Source of the DNA: Octopus sinensis | Lineage: Eukaryota | Assembly: GCF_006345805.1 (NCBI RefSeq) | Contig: NC_042998.1 | Location: 135,842,001 to 135,906,000, forward strand | Reading direction: 5' to 3' | DNA: 64,000 bases | Shown: positions 41,609-56,444 of the stretch, one piece after another | Numbering within the stretch: position 1 is the first letter of the stretch | Layout: every line of letters starts with the position of its first letter | Position numbers and translations under genes: made by a program | The notes under the pieces: model-generated | What the model was told of the DNA's origin: nothing | Databases searched by the model: none | What the model saw: the letters and a program-made list of their open reading frames with translations, nothing else

Positions 41609-41831
41609 TATGTAGCCTTGTGATAGTTGTAAATGAGCATATTGTTCATTTCCAGTCTTCCATGAAAAATATGTCTGGTTATGGGAAGTATTACCTTGTT
41701 TGAAAACAGGTGAGGGTTGGTAACAGGAAAGGAATCCAGTCATAGAAAACTGGCTCAACAAATCCTGCCTGACCCATGCAAGCATGTAAAAGTGGGTGTT
41801 ATGATGATGATGATGACAACGATGGTGATGG

Positions 41832-42377
<546 letters not shown>

Positions 42378-45300
42378 TACTTGTTTCAGTCATTTGACTT
42401 TGGCCATGCTGGAGCACCACCTTTTAGTTGAGCAAATCAACCCCAGGACTTATTTTTTGTAAGCCTAGTACTTATTCTATCAGTCTCTTTTGTCAAACAG
42501 CTAAGTTACAGTGATGTAAGCACACCAACATCAGCTGTCAAGCGATGGTAGGGGAACAAACACAGACCCACAAATACATACATATCATCATCATTGTTTA
42601 ATGGCCTCTTTGCATGCTGGCATAGGTTGGACGGATACACACGCACACAATAAAAGCTAGAGCAAGTGACTAGCCTACTTATTGTTCTAAAGAAGAAAAA
42701 AAGATGATATTGATGTCGGTGATAATAACACAGTGCAATAGGAATGGTTTCATTACTACAAGATTCCTGACATTATTTCATAGAAAATATTAGGAATTTT
42801 ACTTTTCTTTCAAATAAACAGAAAAAGAAAAGGAAGAGATACAAGTCTTAGAATGCTTCTGTCCAATATTCAGTTTTGCAGCTATACAATTAAGATGGCA
42901 TAACACTGTATCTTAGTAGCAGAGCACCATGCTCTGAGGCTTTGAAATCAATAATAATGACAACCATAATAACAATATCATTTTTTCTTCCTATATGATT
43001 AATTACACACATGCACACTCATATACATTAAAGAACAACAACTATAATAATAATAAAGACTGCAATAACAAGAAAGTTATTAAAAAATATATCATGAAAC
43101 ATCTGCAATTCATTCACAAAGACCTAAAGCTTATTATGAAAATTAGTAGGAAAAAAAAACCTTCAAAAAAACATGGAAACAGAGTGGTGTGGAGGAAGTG
43201 TGCAGAGATTAAGAAGAAAACTATTAGAGAAAATTACTGTTTAGATAAACTGATAAAGTGGAAAGACTGAGAAAACTAATTGAAATTCTGGCAGAAAAAG
43301 GATAAAGCAGTTGGGGTGGAGGAAGTGGCAGAGAGAGGGGAGGAGGGGATTTGTTACGGAAGAAACATATTTTCATAAGAGTTGTAGTTAAAGGTTTTAG
43401 TCAAGAGACATGAAAAGAAAAAAAGAGATGCACTTTCAAATTAAATTAGCAAGTGTATCTATTATTAGTCAGTATGATTAGGACTTTGTGTGTGTGTGTG
43501 TGTTTTGTGACTTCACAAATGTCTAATTAGAAAATGTGACCCTGGGCATTAACTACCAGAAAGATGATAAGATTAGGATGAACAGACTGTTGGGGAGAGT
43601 ATAGAGAGGGGAAAAAGGGTTCATTTGTTGATTTTTTTTTGAGTAAGTCTGATGCAGTTTAAAATGTTAATTGTTCGTTAGTAATTAAATATTAGTTGTG
43701 GTGATAATGGATGCCAGACTAGATTGTTGTTGTTGTAGCTTTTTTAATTATTTTTGTTCAATCAGGAGAGAATGAAGTGCCAATGACCCTTTACAGGACC
43801 ACCAAGAATGATGGGAGAGAAGGAGGAAGGGAAGAAAGTATCCTAAAAAATCTGGCCTAAATATTTGCAACAAAGTGGGGCCCTCTAAAGGTATCCTAAG
43901 TGCCAGGTGGTGGTGGTGGTGGTGGTGGTGATGGTAATGGTGGTGGTGGTGATGTTAAGCTGAGTAAAGGATTAAGTCTTCTACCCAAGTAGGTGACAGC
44001 AGGATTTGAACTCTGAATATACAGATCCAAGACAAATACCACAAAGCATCCAGATGATTTTCTGACAGTTCAACTAATCCATCATCTTGGATTGGTACTT
44101 TTTCACTGACCTTCATCATCATCATCATTTAATGTCTGTTTTCTGTGCTGGCATGGGTTGGATGGTTTGACAGGATGCAATATGCCCAAGGACTGCATCA
44201 AACTCCAATGTCCGTTCAGGCATGGTTTCTATGACTGGCTGCTTTCCTAAAGACAACTACTTTACAACAGTGTGGATGGGTGATTTTTTTTTATGCCACC
44301 TGCACTATTAGGGTCATTGTGTAGCCTGCAGAACTACAAACCCAGGGATGCAGGAGGGGTTCAGTTTTGTGCTAGTGGATAAGTGATTGAACTATGAGAG
44401 GTGGCAGGTAAGGAAGGTTCTTGTTGAAGATCTGCATGGCTACTCACATCTAGTAGAAGGGGAGAGAAAGAATAAATGAATGGTGGGAGCTACAAGAAAT
44501 AATGGCAATGAGATGCCTTGATGGCCCTACAAGCCACAAGAAGAGTTGAATGGATAAAAGGTAAAAGTGATCTCAGCATGATTTGAATTCAGAGCACAGA
44601 CACTCATACCAAATACTGTGAGGAATTCTATCCAATGCATTAACAACTCTACAATATTTGCCACCTGTTTAGCTCCAGGTAAGTCCTTGAGCAGGCCTGT
44701 GATCAAAGACATTCCAACTATGAATAACCCATCTTTTTATTTATACACAAAGCATTTAAGACATTATCCAATATGTTCTTCCTTTGTATTTTAGACAATA
44801 AGATATGATTTGAGAGAGATTTGATTGCTATTTATAACAGAGCAAAGAAAATGTAGAGGCACCCTAATTCCTAAAAAAAAAAACAAAAAAAAAAAAGCTT
44901 AAACTTGAAAGGTGAAGTGTTGTTTGCAAACAAGTAGTTTAATTAGTCAGAAAAATCATAAAAGATAATATTCTTGGTTGTCTGTTTTTACTTAGCTTTA
45001 GCTGTCTGCTTTTAATCTTTCCTGTCTTTCTTGGCCTCAAATATCTGACCCTATCCTTAATTCTCTTTTCTTAGCCTTAGCCATTTGTCTTTGCCAATGC
45101 TTTTCAAAGTGGATGGAATTACTATCATCTTGAGAATTATACAGGTACTGGAGAGAAAGATATTTGTGGGATGATAGATATATCTTTTAATTGTCCTTAT
45201 TTTCAAAATATTTTCTTTTTGGGGTCAATAAAATAAGTACCAGTTGAGCACTGGGGTCAATGTAATCAACTAAATCCCTCTCCTGAAATTGCTGGCCTTG

Positions 45301-46459
45301 TGCCAAAATTTGAAATTAATATTAGAGTTCAAAATGTTCTTTTGACACTACATATCATATTCAGGAAATGGCTTATGTACAAGTAATCTTTAATTGCACA
45401 GATATGGCTGTGTGGTTGAAAAGCTTGCTTTGCAGCCATGTAGTTTCCGGTTCAGTTCCACTGCGTGGCATCTTGGGTAAGTGTCTTCTACCATAACCTC
45501 GGGTTAATCAATACCTTGTGAGTAAATATGGTAGGCGGAAACTGTGGAAGCTCATCATGTGTGTGTGTGTGTGTGTGTGTGAAAGAGAGGGAGAGAGAGA
45601 AAGTGCATGTAAGTTTGTTTTAATCTCTGTAACTTAGCAGTTTAGCAAAAAAAAAAACTGACTGAATAAATACCAGGCTTGGAAAAAATAGAAATAAAAA
45701 ATAAGTACTGGGGCTGATTTGCTTGACTAAAACCCTTCTCGGCAGAACCCCAACATGGCCACAATCCAGTGACAAACAATTAAAAGACATAAGATAAATA
45801 GATATCTGCAAAATTTTTCTTGTGGTGTATTTACTTTGCCTGAACTGGAGCAAGAGGGTGTTGAATATATGTTAGCAAAAGAAAAGAGGTAATGGTTAAA
45901 ACAGTTTGAGAAGCACTTGTTTTAACTTTGTCTATCTGCTTTTGTATTAGCTGTCTGTTCTTAGCCTTAACTGGTCATTGTTGATTAGCTTTAGCAATCT
46001 GTTCTTATAGTTAATTGTTTCTTCTTAGCATTATCATAAACTGCAGTGTGCAAATCAATGTTTTAAGGCTGAACAAATTACTTCCAAACTAGGCCTTGAC
46101 TTATACGACAAAGATAAAAATGCAAACAATTACCACCAAATGATCAATTACTGAAACTGCACTTCTAATAATTGCTGTACACCATTTAACATATCACAAA
46201 CAAGCTGCCACAAATATTTCCAATTAAAACTTGTGTTTGATGAACATATTTAACATATTAACAAAGAAATTAACATCTTGATGTAAGTGGGTAGCCATAT
46301 TATATGTTTTTGACATATTTATAGCCTATTCTCATTTAGGCCTCAGTTTTGGGCTTACCTGATGTAAGTTTGGAGTTTGACCTACATAACATGTAAAGGC
46401 ATGACTCAGACTTTTGAGTTAAAAATCCTGAAGTTGACTTATAAGCCTCAATTTATGTT

Positions 46460-46700
46460 TTAGCCTTAGCTATCCATTTTTGTAACTTAAGCTGATTGTT
46501 TTTAATCTCAGCTATGTGTTCGTCTTAACCTTAACTATCTGCTCTTAATCTTTGTGATCTGTTCTTAATCTTAACTGTCTGTTTTTGGTCATAACTAAGA
46601 TTCCACCATTACTCTTTGTTTTTATTAAGCCTTAACTGTTTCTAGCTTAAGCTATATGTTCTTAGCCTTAGTTCTTTCTTCTTAACCCTAGCTGTCTTTG
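46460..46700. repeat. Degenerate minisatellite of about 20 bp (CTTAGCTGTCTGTTCTTAGC-like); related blocks at about 44980-45090 and 45920-46030
   Basis: Repeated TTAAC/TTAGC..CTGTTCTTA motifs at roughly 20 bp spacing. Confidence 0.6.
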
Positions 46701-47344
46701 AGAATATTCCTGATATTGAAGAAATAAAAGAGAGGATAGTTAAGACAAGTAAGAGAGAGGTAAAACTAAGTATATATCACAGGTAATGTTTATCATCATC
46801 TTCATCATTGTTCAACATCCACTTTTCTATGCTTGCATGGATCAGATGGAATTTGTTGAGGCACATTTTCTATCGCAAATACCTTCCCTGTTGCCAACTT
46901 TTACCAGTTTTCATACAAGGCTATGCTTACCCATGGCAAAACATATTTTTCATGCAAGACTGGAAGTGAACGATATCACTTGTAAGGCAGTGATATTCAT
47001 TTACAATCTTCACATGATGTCAAAACAAGAGCACAAACAAGCAAACACAAATACATACATGACAGGCTCTTTTTAGTTTCCATATTCCAAATCCACTCAC
47101 ACTGTTTCAGTTGGCCTTGAGCTATAGAAGACACTTGCCCAAGGTGCCACACAGTGGGAATGAACCCAAACATACACACACAAACATATAAAGAGACATG
47201 TATGATGGCATTTTACAAGTCTCTGTCATTCACTCACACGGCACTGGACAATCTTTGGCTATAGCAGACAACATCAACTGGCATTGCCCAAACAGTGGGA
47301 CTGAAAATTAACACATATGGTTCTAAAGCAAACGTGTCCATGGC

Positions 47345-47615
47345 TATCTATATCATTATAAAATATATCAACTTTGATATCAGAATTTAGCAGATATAAA
47401 AGTTTGGTACTACCATTAAAACAAAGCAACATTTATATCACCATTAAATATACTAACTCTAGTATAAGCATTAAATACAATAGCTTTGATATCACCATAA
47501 GATATAGCTTCTTTGATAACAACATTAGATATAGTAACTTTGGTATCACAATTAGCTACAGCAACTTTAATATTAAGATTCCATATCATAACTTTGATAT
47601 CAACATCAGATAGCA
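47345..47615. repeat. Degenerate 27-bp minisatellite; second block at about 48540-48695
   Basis: Unit approximates TTTGATATCACCATTAGATATAGCAAC and gives the FDITIRYSN-like periodicity of ORF 47374-47613. Confidence 0.7.
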
Positions 47616-48789
47616 TGAAAATCCCTTCAACTATAGGTACAAGGCCTGAATTTTGGTGGCAGAGGAGAGGCTAGTCAGTTACATCAACCCAGTTGGTACT
47701 TATTTTGTCAACTCTAAAAGGATGAAAGAGAATAAAAATAAAATGAGCTAAAGCAGGTATAGTCAACTTCCATTTTTTAATTTTATTTTTGATAGAGGTT
47801 GAATGAAACATGGCTCATCATAAAGCAGGCTACACTACTAAAAATACAAGGTAATTTTTCATTAGGTGTGCCATTTAGAAAGTCTCACGGGCTGAAGTTT
47901 GCTCATGACTGAGCTAAAGAACTTTTTTTTAAATAAGCTTTCACTCTAAATAAAGATGACATTCATGTTACCCTAAGCATGTAAATTTAGAAATTAATTC
48001 CTAATTTCTTAAAATTATTTCCCCTTTTCTTTGAATTGGTGACAACTGCCACTAGGTGTTTCTTTTCTTTCTCCAACTAAAAGCTAAGTTCACCATCTTT
48101 TAACTTAACTATTCAAATTCATGAATTTGGCTTTTATGAGTTTTCTCCCTTAAATCATTTTTTTTTAAACTTTACAAATTATTCTTGTTAAAAATATTTG
48201 TTATCCTTTTATTCTATATTCACAAATTTATCCCACCATGTAAGTATTCTATACTTATAAAGTCAAAATAGGTTGAAACATATGTCCATAATTGTCTTTT
48301 GTCTGCATACAAAGATCAGACTGTCATTTTTGTAAACATAGAGTAAGCTTAGAAATTAAATTTGAAATACTTTAAATTATCTCCCCTTTTCTTTGAGTTA
48401 CTAACAACTTCCACTAGGTGTTTATTTTCTTTCTCCAACAAATAGGGAAATTTTGGTTAATTAAGAATCTATAAGACACAAAATTCTATACATCATGCTT
48501 TATTTTTGATGTCTTTGTTAGCTGCAGCATTTTTTTTTTTATTATCAGCATAAAATATAACAATTTTTATATCATCATTAAACAGAAATTTCGATATCCA
48601 CATCAAATATTACAATTTTGATATCACCACTTCAACATAGAAAGATTGATATGAGCAATAAATATAGTAACTTTGATATCATTATTAAATATAGTAGAGA
48701 CAAACAGCCCAAATTTTAATTAAATTGCAGACAAATTTCTCCATAAATATAGAAAAATTTTAGCTTAACCCTCAATATCAGAATTGGAA

Positions 48790-49156
48790 ATCTGGAAATG
48801 AAAATTAAAAAAAAAAAAAAAGTTATGACTGGTCTATGGGGTTAGCCAGGGTTTCATGTCTGTAAAGCACTCAGCTTTACAGCTTCTCATCAGGCCCTAA
48901 TGGCCAGTGGCCTATAACCTCTCTTCAAAGTGGAGGGAGAAAAGGCTTTGTGGTTAGTTGTTCAACACACAAACAAAGGAGAAGGGTTAAATGCACAGAT
49001 GTGAAACTCTGGATAACCTCTTAAACCAGCCATAACAATCTTTATCTAAATACGCTACTGTTCTATAACTTTGAGTGTAGATCTCTTTTGGATTTATAAT
49101 TTACTAATAATATTTGCATACATATATGTGTGTATGTGTGTGTGTGTATTTATTAT

Positions 49157-49204
<48 letters not shown>

Positions 49205-49928
49205 TATTATGTGTATGGGTGTATGTTTTTGTGTTTGTCTCCCTTCCAGTGTTTTAGAACCAGTATTGGTTTGTTTACATCTCCATAACATTAACCATGC
49301 AGTTTGGCAAAGCAGACTGATAAAATAAATACTAGACATAATAGCAATAAAAAAAAAAGTACTGAGGTCAATTTTTCTTCAACTAAAACTTTCATTGTGG
49401 TGCCCCAGGATGGCCACAATCCAATCACTGAAGCAAGTAAAAGATAAACAATAGAAAATAATGAAGGAAAAGAAAAAGAAGCCAGGAAAAGAAATGGCAG
49501 TTACATCAATATGGTATTATGAGAGCCATTGGTTCTAAAAATACATAACACAGTTAGTAACATGAACAGTGAGTAGACAGTTGTGTTGAAGATAAAAAAG
49601 AAGGTTCATATTCATACATTTAACTACACCAAACTGAATATTGCTTAGAGGCAATTACATAACAAACTATGATGCTTTGTTCTGTGGAAAGTTCAGTGGA
49701 AACATTTCTTAGAATGACAAGAAATAATGTGAGGATATGTGTGAGTGTATGTTTGTGTGTGTGTGTGTATGCATACTATATATATATGTATATATGTATG
49801 TACGTATGTATGTATAGATACATATTTATATGTATGTGTGTATATGTATGTATATATGTGTATGTATGTATGTATGTATGTATGTATATATAAATAATAC
49901 AAACACACACACACCAAGATAGATAGAT

Positions 49929-49959
<31 letters not shown>

Positions 49960-52900
49960 CAAGGAGGGAGGGAATGAGAACAAGAGAAAAGGACAGTAAG
50001 AAGTAGAAAATGAGAGGGAATCAGCAGACAGATTGTAAGAGATGATATGCACAAATTCACAAGAGTAATGATTCAATGTCTGCAAGAATATGTCCAAGTG
50101 GAACGGGTAATTTCATTTTAGACACTGATATATTGAGAGGTAAATGAATGAGATCTTTTCCAAAATAGATAGTAAAAGTGTTGAAGTATATAGGCAGATC
50201 TATTTATTTCTAAACATGTGAGAATTTCAGTTTGATTCTTTCAGTATATTTCAAAATGAAATATAGCTATAAGTGAGCCAATGTGAGAGTCTCGACAGGG
50301 TTGCTCAAGTTGCTAGAAGTAACAGCTAAACTTCTCTCAAATCACACAATGCATTTTTTTTTAAATAAAGAAGAATACATTGACTAATGAGTTCTTAGAT
50401 GCAGATGTGGCTTGTAGGTGTGGTGAGGAAGTTTGCTTCCCAAACACATGGTTTCAGGTTCAGTCCCACTGTGTGGTACCTTCAACAAGAGTCTTCTACT
50501 TCAGTCCTGGGTCAACCAAAGTCTTATAAGTGGATTTGCTTCCTTACCTTGTCATTGAGTGACAGGTGTAAATGAGTGTCAATGTCATACATAGTGTTAT
50601 TCATCTTCAATATTCAGTGCAAATGTATCTGGTATTGGGGAAATATTACTTTGCTTGGAAACAAGTGATGGTTGGTGACAAGAATGGTAGAAAATCTGAC
50701 TGTAGAAAATTTGCCTCAATAAATTTCATCAGACTCACACAAGCATGGAAAAATTAGCATTGAACTGATGACCATGACCTAGCCTTTTAGCAATGAGATA
50801 ATCAGGGTTAAACAACAACAACAGCATGGATGCGAAAATGCTTGAAATGAAATGATAACTATAAAATGATATAATTAAATATTATATCTAAACATATGGT
50901 AATTCTAAAATATAGACAGAAATTCTATACTGAAGCATGTGGATATATTAAAATATCTAAGGAAGTACTGTAATGAAGGTAATCTAAAATACAGAGAGAA
51001 ATTTTATATCTAAATATGGTGGAGATATGAAAGAGTAGAAGGATGTCTAATATATTGGAATCTGAAAATTTTAAATAAACTTTCCACAGGTAAGAATGCC
51101 TAAACTACAGCCATCATTCGCAAGGAAGTATGACATGGTAACATGTACGATCCTTTTACTTATTGATTCAAGTGTTCATGTAGTCACAAACAAATACAAA
51201 CACCTTCTCAGCCTCACACTCTAGATCCAGCAGAGCATCCAAGTTGTGAGAACTGGAGGGATAGAGGGATGAGGCTGAGTCTTGTCCATTCCATCCATTT
51301 CTATATCCAGGACTATTGTATTCACTGTGTCCTTTCTCTTTTCATCATGATAGGGTGTGATCTGAGGTACATTTGGCTGGTATTTCTAGTAAGTTTGGCA
51401 AGTACATAGGTGCTTCCCACAGTGGTTTGATCAGTTGTATGGTGTAAGAGAGGTGGTTAGGTTAGTAGATGTAATGTGAAGGGACAGAACCTGTTTGGTA
51501 GAAATGTGCAACAATGTAACAACTGAAGATACATACCTTAGCAGTATCTAACCAATGAAGTCTTGGGAAGATGTGGTGCAAATTGATATAATGATATGGG
51601 AAAACATAATTAAGAACAAGTACAAAGATATTATGTGAAGTTGTGATGTGGGCAGAAACAACTCTTTAACATTTAAACCAGCCATATCCAGCCAAAATAT
51701 TCTGCCAGCTTTATATTCAAATGGGTCAGATCTGACCTCTCACACCTATTCTGCAATGTCAGTCTAAAAAATGAACAATCATGTCATCGAAATCTTGAAG
51801 CTACAAGATGATTTATGATTAACTCAAAACAATGTGAATAAATAAGCATTACATGCCCCTCTCCTTTCAAAATTCCTTGTTATGCAAATTATTCAGTAAC
51901 CCTGCCAGTGCTAGTGCCATGTAAACGGCATCCAGTCCACACTGTAAAGTGGTTAGCATTTGGAAGGGCATCCAGCTGTAGAAACCATGCCAAACAGACT
52001 TCACTTGTGCTGGTGCCACGTAAAAAGCACTCGGTCCACTCTACAGGATGGTTGGTGTTAGGAAGGGCATCCAGCCATAAAAACTATGTCAAAAGAGACA
52101 CAGTAGCCTGGGGTAGTCTTCTACCTGGCCAGCTCCCGTCAAACTGTCCAACCCATACCAGCATGGAAGACAGATGTTAAATGATGATGATGATGATACA
52201 TTTGCTGAAGTAAATCTGAATACTAAAGAGTTAAAGATGTTACGGGAAGATGTGGTATACATAGCTACAAAATGTTGAGTCTCACAGATGAGATGACGCT
52301 GTAACAAGAAGAGCGCTTCTATGCTTATATAACTGATCTATCCAACATGGGCACACATACATTGAAATAATGTTGTAATGTATGATAATGGACATGACAG
52401 TGTTTGTTATTAAACTGTGCATTTGATGAAGCCAACAGAGTTTCTACAGTGATTGATCTGTTACATAATGATACGTTTTTCCCTGAGAATTTCACAACTT
52501 AATAACAGTGAAGTAGTCAACATATTTATGTCTGTCTGTCTAGCTGAGAAAGAAACTGTAATAATGTAATATATCTTGCAAGGATTTAATTTATATTACT
52601 ATCTTATCGCAGTCATTGTGGTATATCAGCTTCAGTAACATTTATATAATTGAGTGCACGTTACAGCTACATACACTGATTAAGACCATTTGGCAGTTGC
52701 ACTCTATAATTAATGGCTCTCTTGTAATTCAGTGTCCTGAAAGTTGTTATGTATACAATGATAGAAACAACACTATATATATTCAAGCCTTATCAGTTTT
52801 GACCTGCTAAAAACATGACAAATCTATTGACAAACATTGCACATATTGTCTAATTTGACACCAAAGTTGATTTCTGTTGAGTATGATGAAAGTGTTCCAA

Positions 52901-53690
52901 GAATAGGATAACAACAGAATAGAGTACAGAAGTTAAAGGTGGAGTTAGGGAATCAAAGTAGAGCTATACATTCATCAAGTCATGGCTGTGTGGTCAAAAA
53001 GTTTGCTCATCAACCACATGGTTGCAGGTTCAGTCTCATTGCATAGCACATTGGGCAAGTATCTTCTCCAACAGCCCCAGTCTGACCAAAGCCTTGTGAA
53101 TGTATTTAGTAGACAGAAACTCTCTCTCTCTCTCTCTGTTTACTTTAGTGTTTCCTTGTCTTGAAATCATGTGATAGTTATAGGTAAGTGTCACCACCAA
53201 GAAAATGGTGTCCTTCATTACCAATCTTCTGTGAAAATACGTCTGAGCATGGAGATCTGTTACCTTATTTGGAAACAGGTGAGGGTTGTCTTAATGAATT
53301 CTGCCTGTCCCATGTGAGCATGACAAAATGGAAGGTAAAACAATGATGATAATTTACATGCCATGGGCTGGCAATAAACCTAATGTTTTGAACAAATCAC
53401 ACACATGCACACACACACACACACTTTTCCCCCTTCAATGGAAAGCTTTGTTCGAAATTCTTGCTTCCACAAGACATTTGAAGTGTCTACTGAATGTTCA
53501 TGTTACTAACTGTGTTATGTATTTTTAGAACCATTGGCTCTCATAATACCATATTTATGTAACTGCTATTTCTTTTCCTTCGTTATTTTCTATTGTTTAA
53601 ATCTGAGTGCTTTACGGATGTGAAAAAATGGATAGATCACCACTAATTTTTCTGGGCTCTGGTTTTCATTTACTGTATATTAATTAAATA
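48790..53690 (+). mobile_element. Putative fossil Penelope-like element with inverted terminal repeats, fragmented by later SINE and MITE insertions
   Basis: Inverted arms at 49445-49579 and 53484-53599, with a hammerhead in the left end and half of it at about 53600-53635. A GIY-YIG-like remnant SNIYIIECT..KTIWQLHSIING lies at about 52630-52720 and a weak RT-like EFQFDS..IFQN..IAISEPM at about 50220-50284. Confidence 0.5.
48839..48897 (-). ncRNA. Type I hammerhead, intact core boxes, decayed stems I and III
   Basis: Minus strand: GGGC [CUGAUGA] G AAG CUGUAAAGC UGAGU GCUUUACAG ACA U [GAAA] CCC U GGC UA ACCC. Stem II has a perfect 9-bp helix. Confidence 0.7.
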
Positions 53691-55658
53691 TAGTAATATT
53701 GGTTTCAAATTTTGGCACAAGGTCAGCAACTTGTGCAGGGGGGGGGGAGTTTAAGTCAATCACATCAACCCCCAAGATTCAACTGGTACTTATTCTATCA
53801 ACCCCAAAAGGATGAAAGGCAAAGATGACCTCAGTGGAATTTGAACTCAGAACACTAAATTGGAAGAAATACTGCTAAGCATTTTTTCCAATGTGGCAAC
53901 GATTCTGCCAGCTTAATATGGTAATATTAATTAGTGCAAGGAATAACTTTCATTCCCACCCACTCTTTTAGTAAAAACAAAAAACAAAAACAAAGGTGAT
54001 TTAATTCAGTAGTATATTATTCCTACTGAATGTTTTACACCTGGCATGGATGAAGTTTTGGAGAAAGTATTTTGCAAATGGATGTTCTTACTTAGCCAAC
54101 GCCTGAAACTTGTACTTCTTATTTGTTAGCTGGTTAAACTGACATGTATAAAATAATGTGCTTTACTTAATAAGATAGAATAAATATGCCAGTAGAAAAC
54201 CACAGACTTTGTCTGCACACACTAAGTAATGTCAACACATGGTAGCTACAATACTACCTTGATTATATACTGAAACAAAATAACACTGCTTATTCAAAGT
54301 CAATACAAAATACTATCCATCAAACTTGTCATCCCTAGGGTGTCACAAACAATAAACAACATGAAGTATTTTTATTAGTATTCTCTTTGATTCTGTAATC
54401 AATATTAAGCAGCTAATAGACTTAGGAGGTTATTTGGAATCTATTCAGCACAAACTTACATTATTTATCAAAACCCTATCTAAATATCATTAAAGATATT
54501 TTTAGATAACTTCTACAGTGCCTCTAGCAACCAAGGGATTAAGCATTGATATTAAAATGACAGCACAGCAACAAACTTCAGCTCCAAATATATCAGTTAG
54601 TTATAAAATACATCCTATCTTTTTCTCTGTTCTTCATGCTAAATTTTATATATATATCATGCCATAAATATATCATAGTTCTGTTTAATCCTTTATGGTG
54701 GTTCATGGTTCACTACAATTGTATATTTCTCTTATCTTTCCATAAAAATGTTTCCAACATTTTCTAATCAGATTACAAAGAATTCATTCGTTTTACATCG
54801 ATTTTGAAGATCTTTTTTTTTTCACGTAAGCATGGGTTAGATGAATACATGTTATCAAGGTATTGTTCTTTCAGCCTGATGCCCTTCATGTATGTTTTTC
54901 AAGTAAGAGATGCTTCATTTTAATTGTCTTCGAAAGTGCAAAGCTACCCAACACTATGCTAACCAGGAATTAGTTGTCAATGAAGTCACTACCCATTTCT
55001 CAGAGATTTTTGCAGAGAGGCATCAAATGTTAACATTCCCACAGGCACATACACATGTGTATACATGTGAACACACACACACACACATTCTTTTACCTGT
55101 TTCAGTTATTTGACTGTAGCTATGTTGGAGCACCACCTTAAAGGATTTTAGTGAAAGAAATCAACCCCCAGGACTTATTCTTCAAAAGCCTAGTTCTTAT
55201 TCTATCAGACATTTTTGCTGACCCAATAAGTTACAGGGACATAAACACACAAGCATCGGTTGTCAAGCAATGGCGGTGGTGGACAAATACAGACACAAAC
55301 TCATAAATACATACACACACAAACGTACATACATATGCACACACACACAAAAATACATACACTCACACACGCATGACAGGTTTCTTTCAGTTTCCATCTT
55401 TAAATCTATTCACATAGTGGGACTGAACCCAGAACCATGAAGTTGGGAAGCAAGCTTCTTACCACACAGCGATGCCTTGTGTGCTTTCATGGTGAGTTTA
55501 TGATAAAAACAATCTAATACTAAACTGAATAGTTACATAATGCATTTTGTGGAGTAAAAGTTTATTATACTTTGTACAAGAACAGGGGTGACAATGACTT
55601 TGAAGTTTCAGCTTGATAGCCTTTATATATATATATATATATAATATATATATATATA

Positions 55659-55924
55659 CTGTTGTGTTTGGGGAGAGTCATTTTCTTTTTGTGCCTTATA
55701 ATGTAACACACTCACCGGTAAAATTTCCACTTATTTCATATTTTTATTTTCCTAAAATTTTCGTTGCATCTTGCAACCTTTTCAATAAGAAATAAGTGGA
55801 AATTTTACCAGTGAGTGTGTTACATAATAAGGCACAAAAAGAAAATGGCTCTCCCCAGACAACAGAATATGCTTCAACACATGAACTCATATAAAGAATC
55901 TTGCAAACTAAATCCAAAAACAAA

Positions 55925-55925
<1 letters not shown>
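55659..55925. mobile_element. Fold-back insert in (TA)n: inverted arms of about 78 bp around a hammerhead-like motif
   Basis: 55659-55737 is the reverse complement of 55789-55865 with few mismatches. (TA)n lies on both sides. Confidence 0.8.
55748..55792 (-). ncRNA. Hammerhead-like motif, U3:A8 variant
   Basis: Minus strand: UUUCUUA [UUGAAAA] G GUUGCA AGA UGCAAC [GAAA] AUU U UAGGAAA. Stem I is 7 bp with one GU pair, stem II is 6 bp, and stem III is the palindrome AAUU. Confidence 0.6.
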
Positions 55926-55985
<60 letters not shown>

Positions 55986-56444
55986 TATATATATACACAT
56001 ATATATACACACAAACAGACAACTACCCAGCTAGCTAGATATTTACACACACACACAAACACACACAATGAGCTTTGTACAGTTTAACTTTGCTCTGGCA
56101 TGCTGAAATCTCTAGACATTTATAACAGACTATTTTTGTCAATGTTTAAACTAACAATCTTGTTCATAAGATGACATATGCATCCTTGATAGAAGTAGTG
56201 TTGTTACTTTTTTTTTTGTTTATCCTGTATTTTGTTTTTATTCTTTTATTTGCTTTGGTCATTTTACTACAGCCATGCTGCAGCACTGTCTTAGAGGGTT
56301 TAGTCAAACAATGGATCTCTGTACTTATTTTATACTATAAGTTGCTTTTTGCCATATTGCTAAGTTCTAGGGACAAAGGCAAACCAATACTGATAGTCAA
56401 ACAAAGGAGGTACAACTGCAAAGATGCATACACAAACTCACACA

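Noticed and set aside
51085-51096. Strong donor-like CAG|GTAAGA
   Set aside because: No matching acceptor or open frame could be identified upstream.
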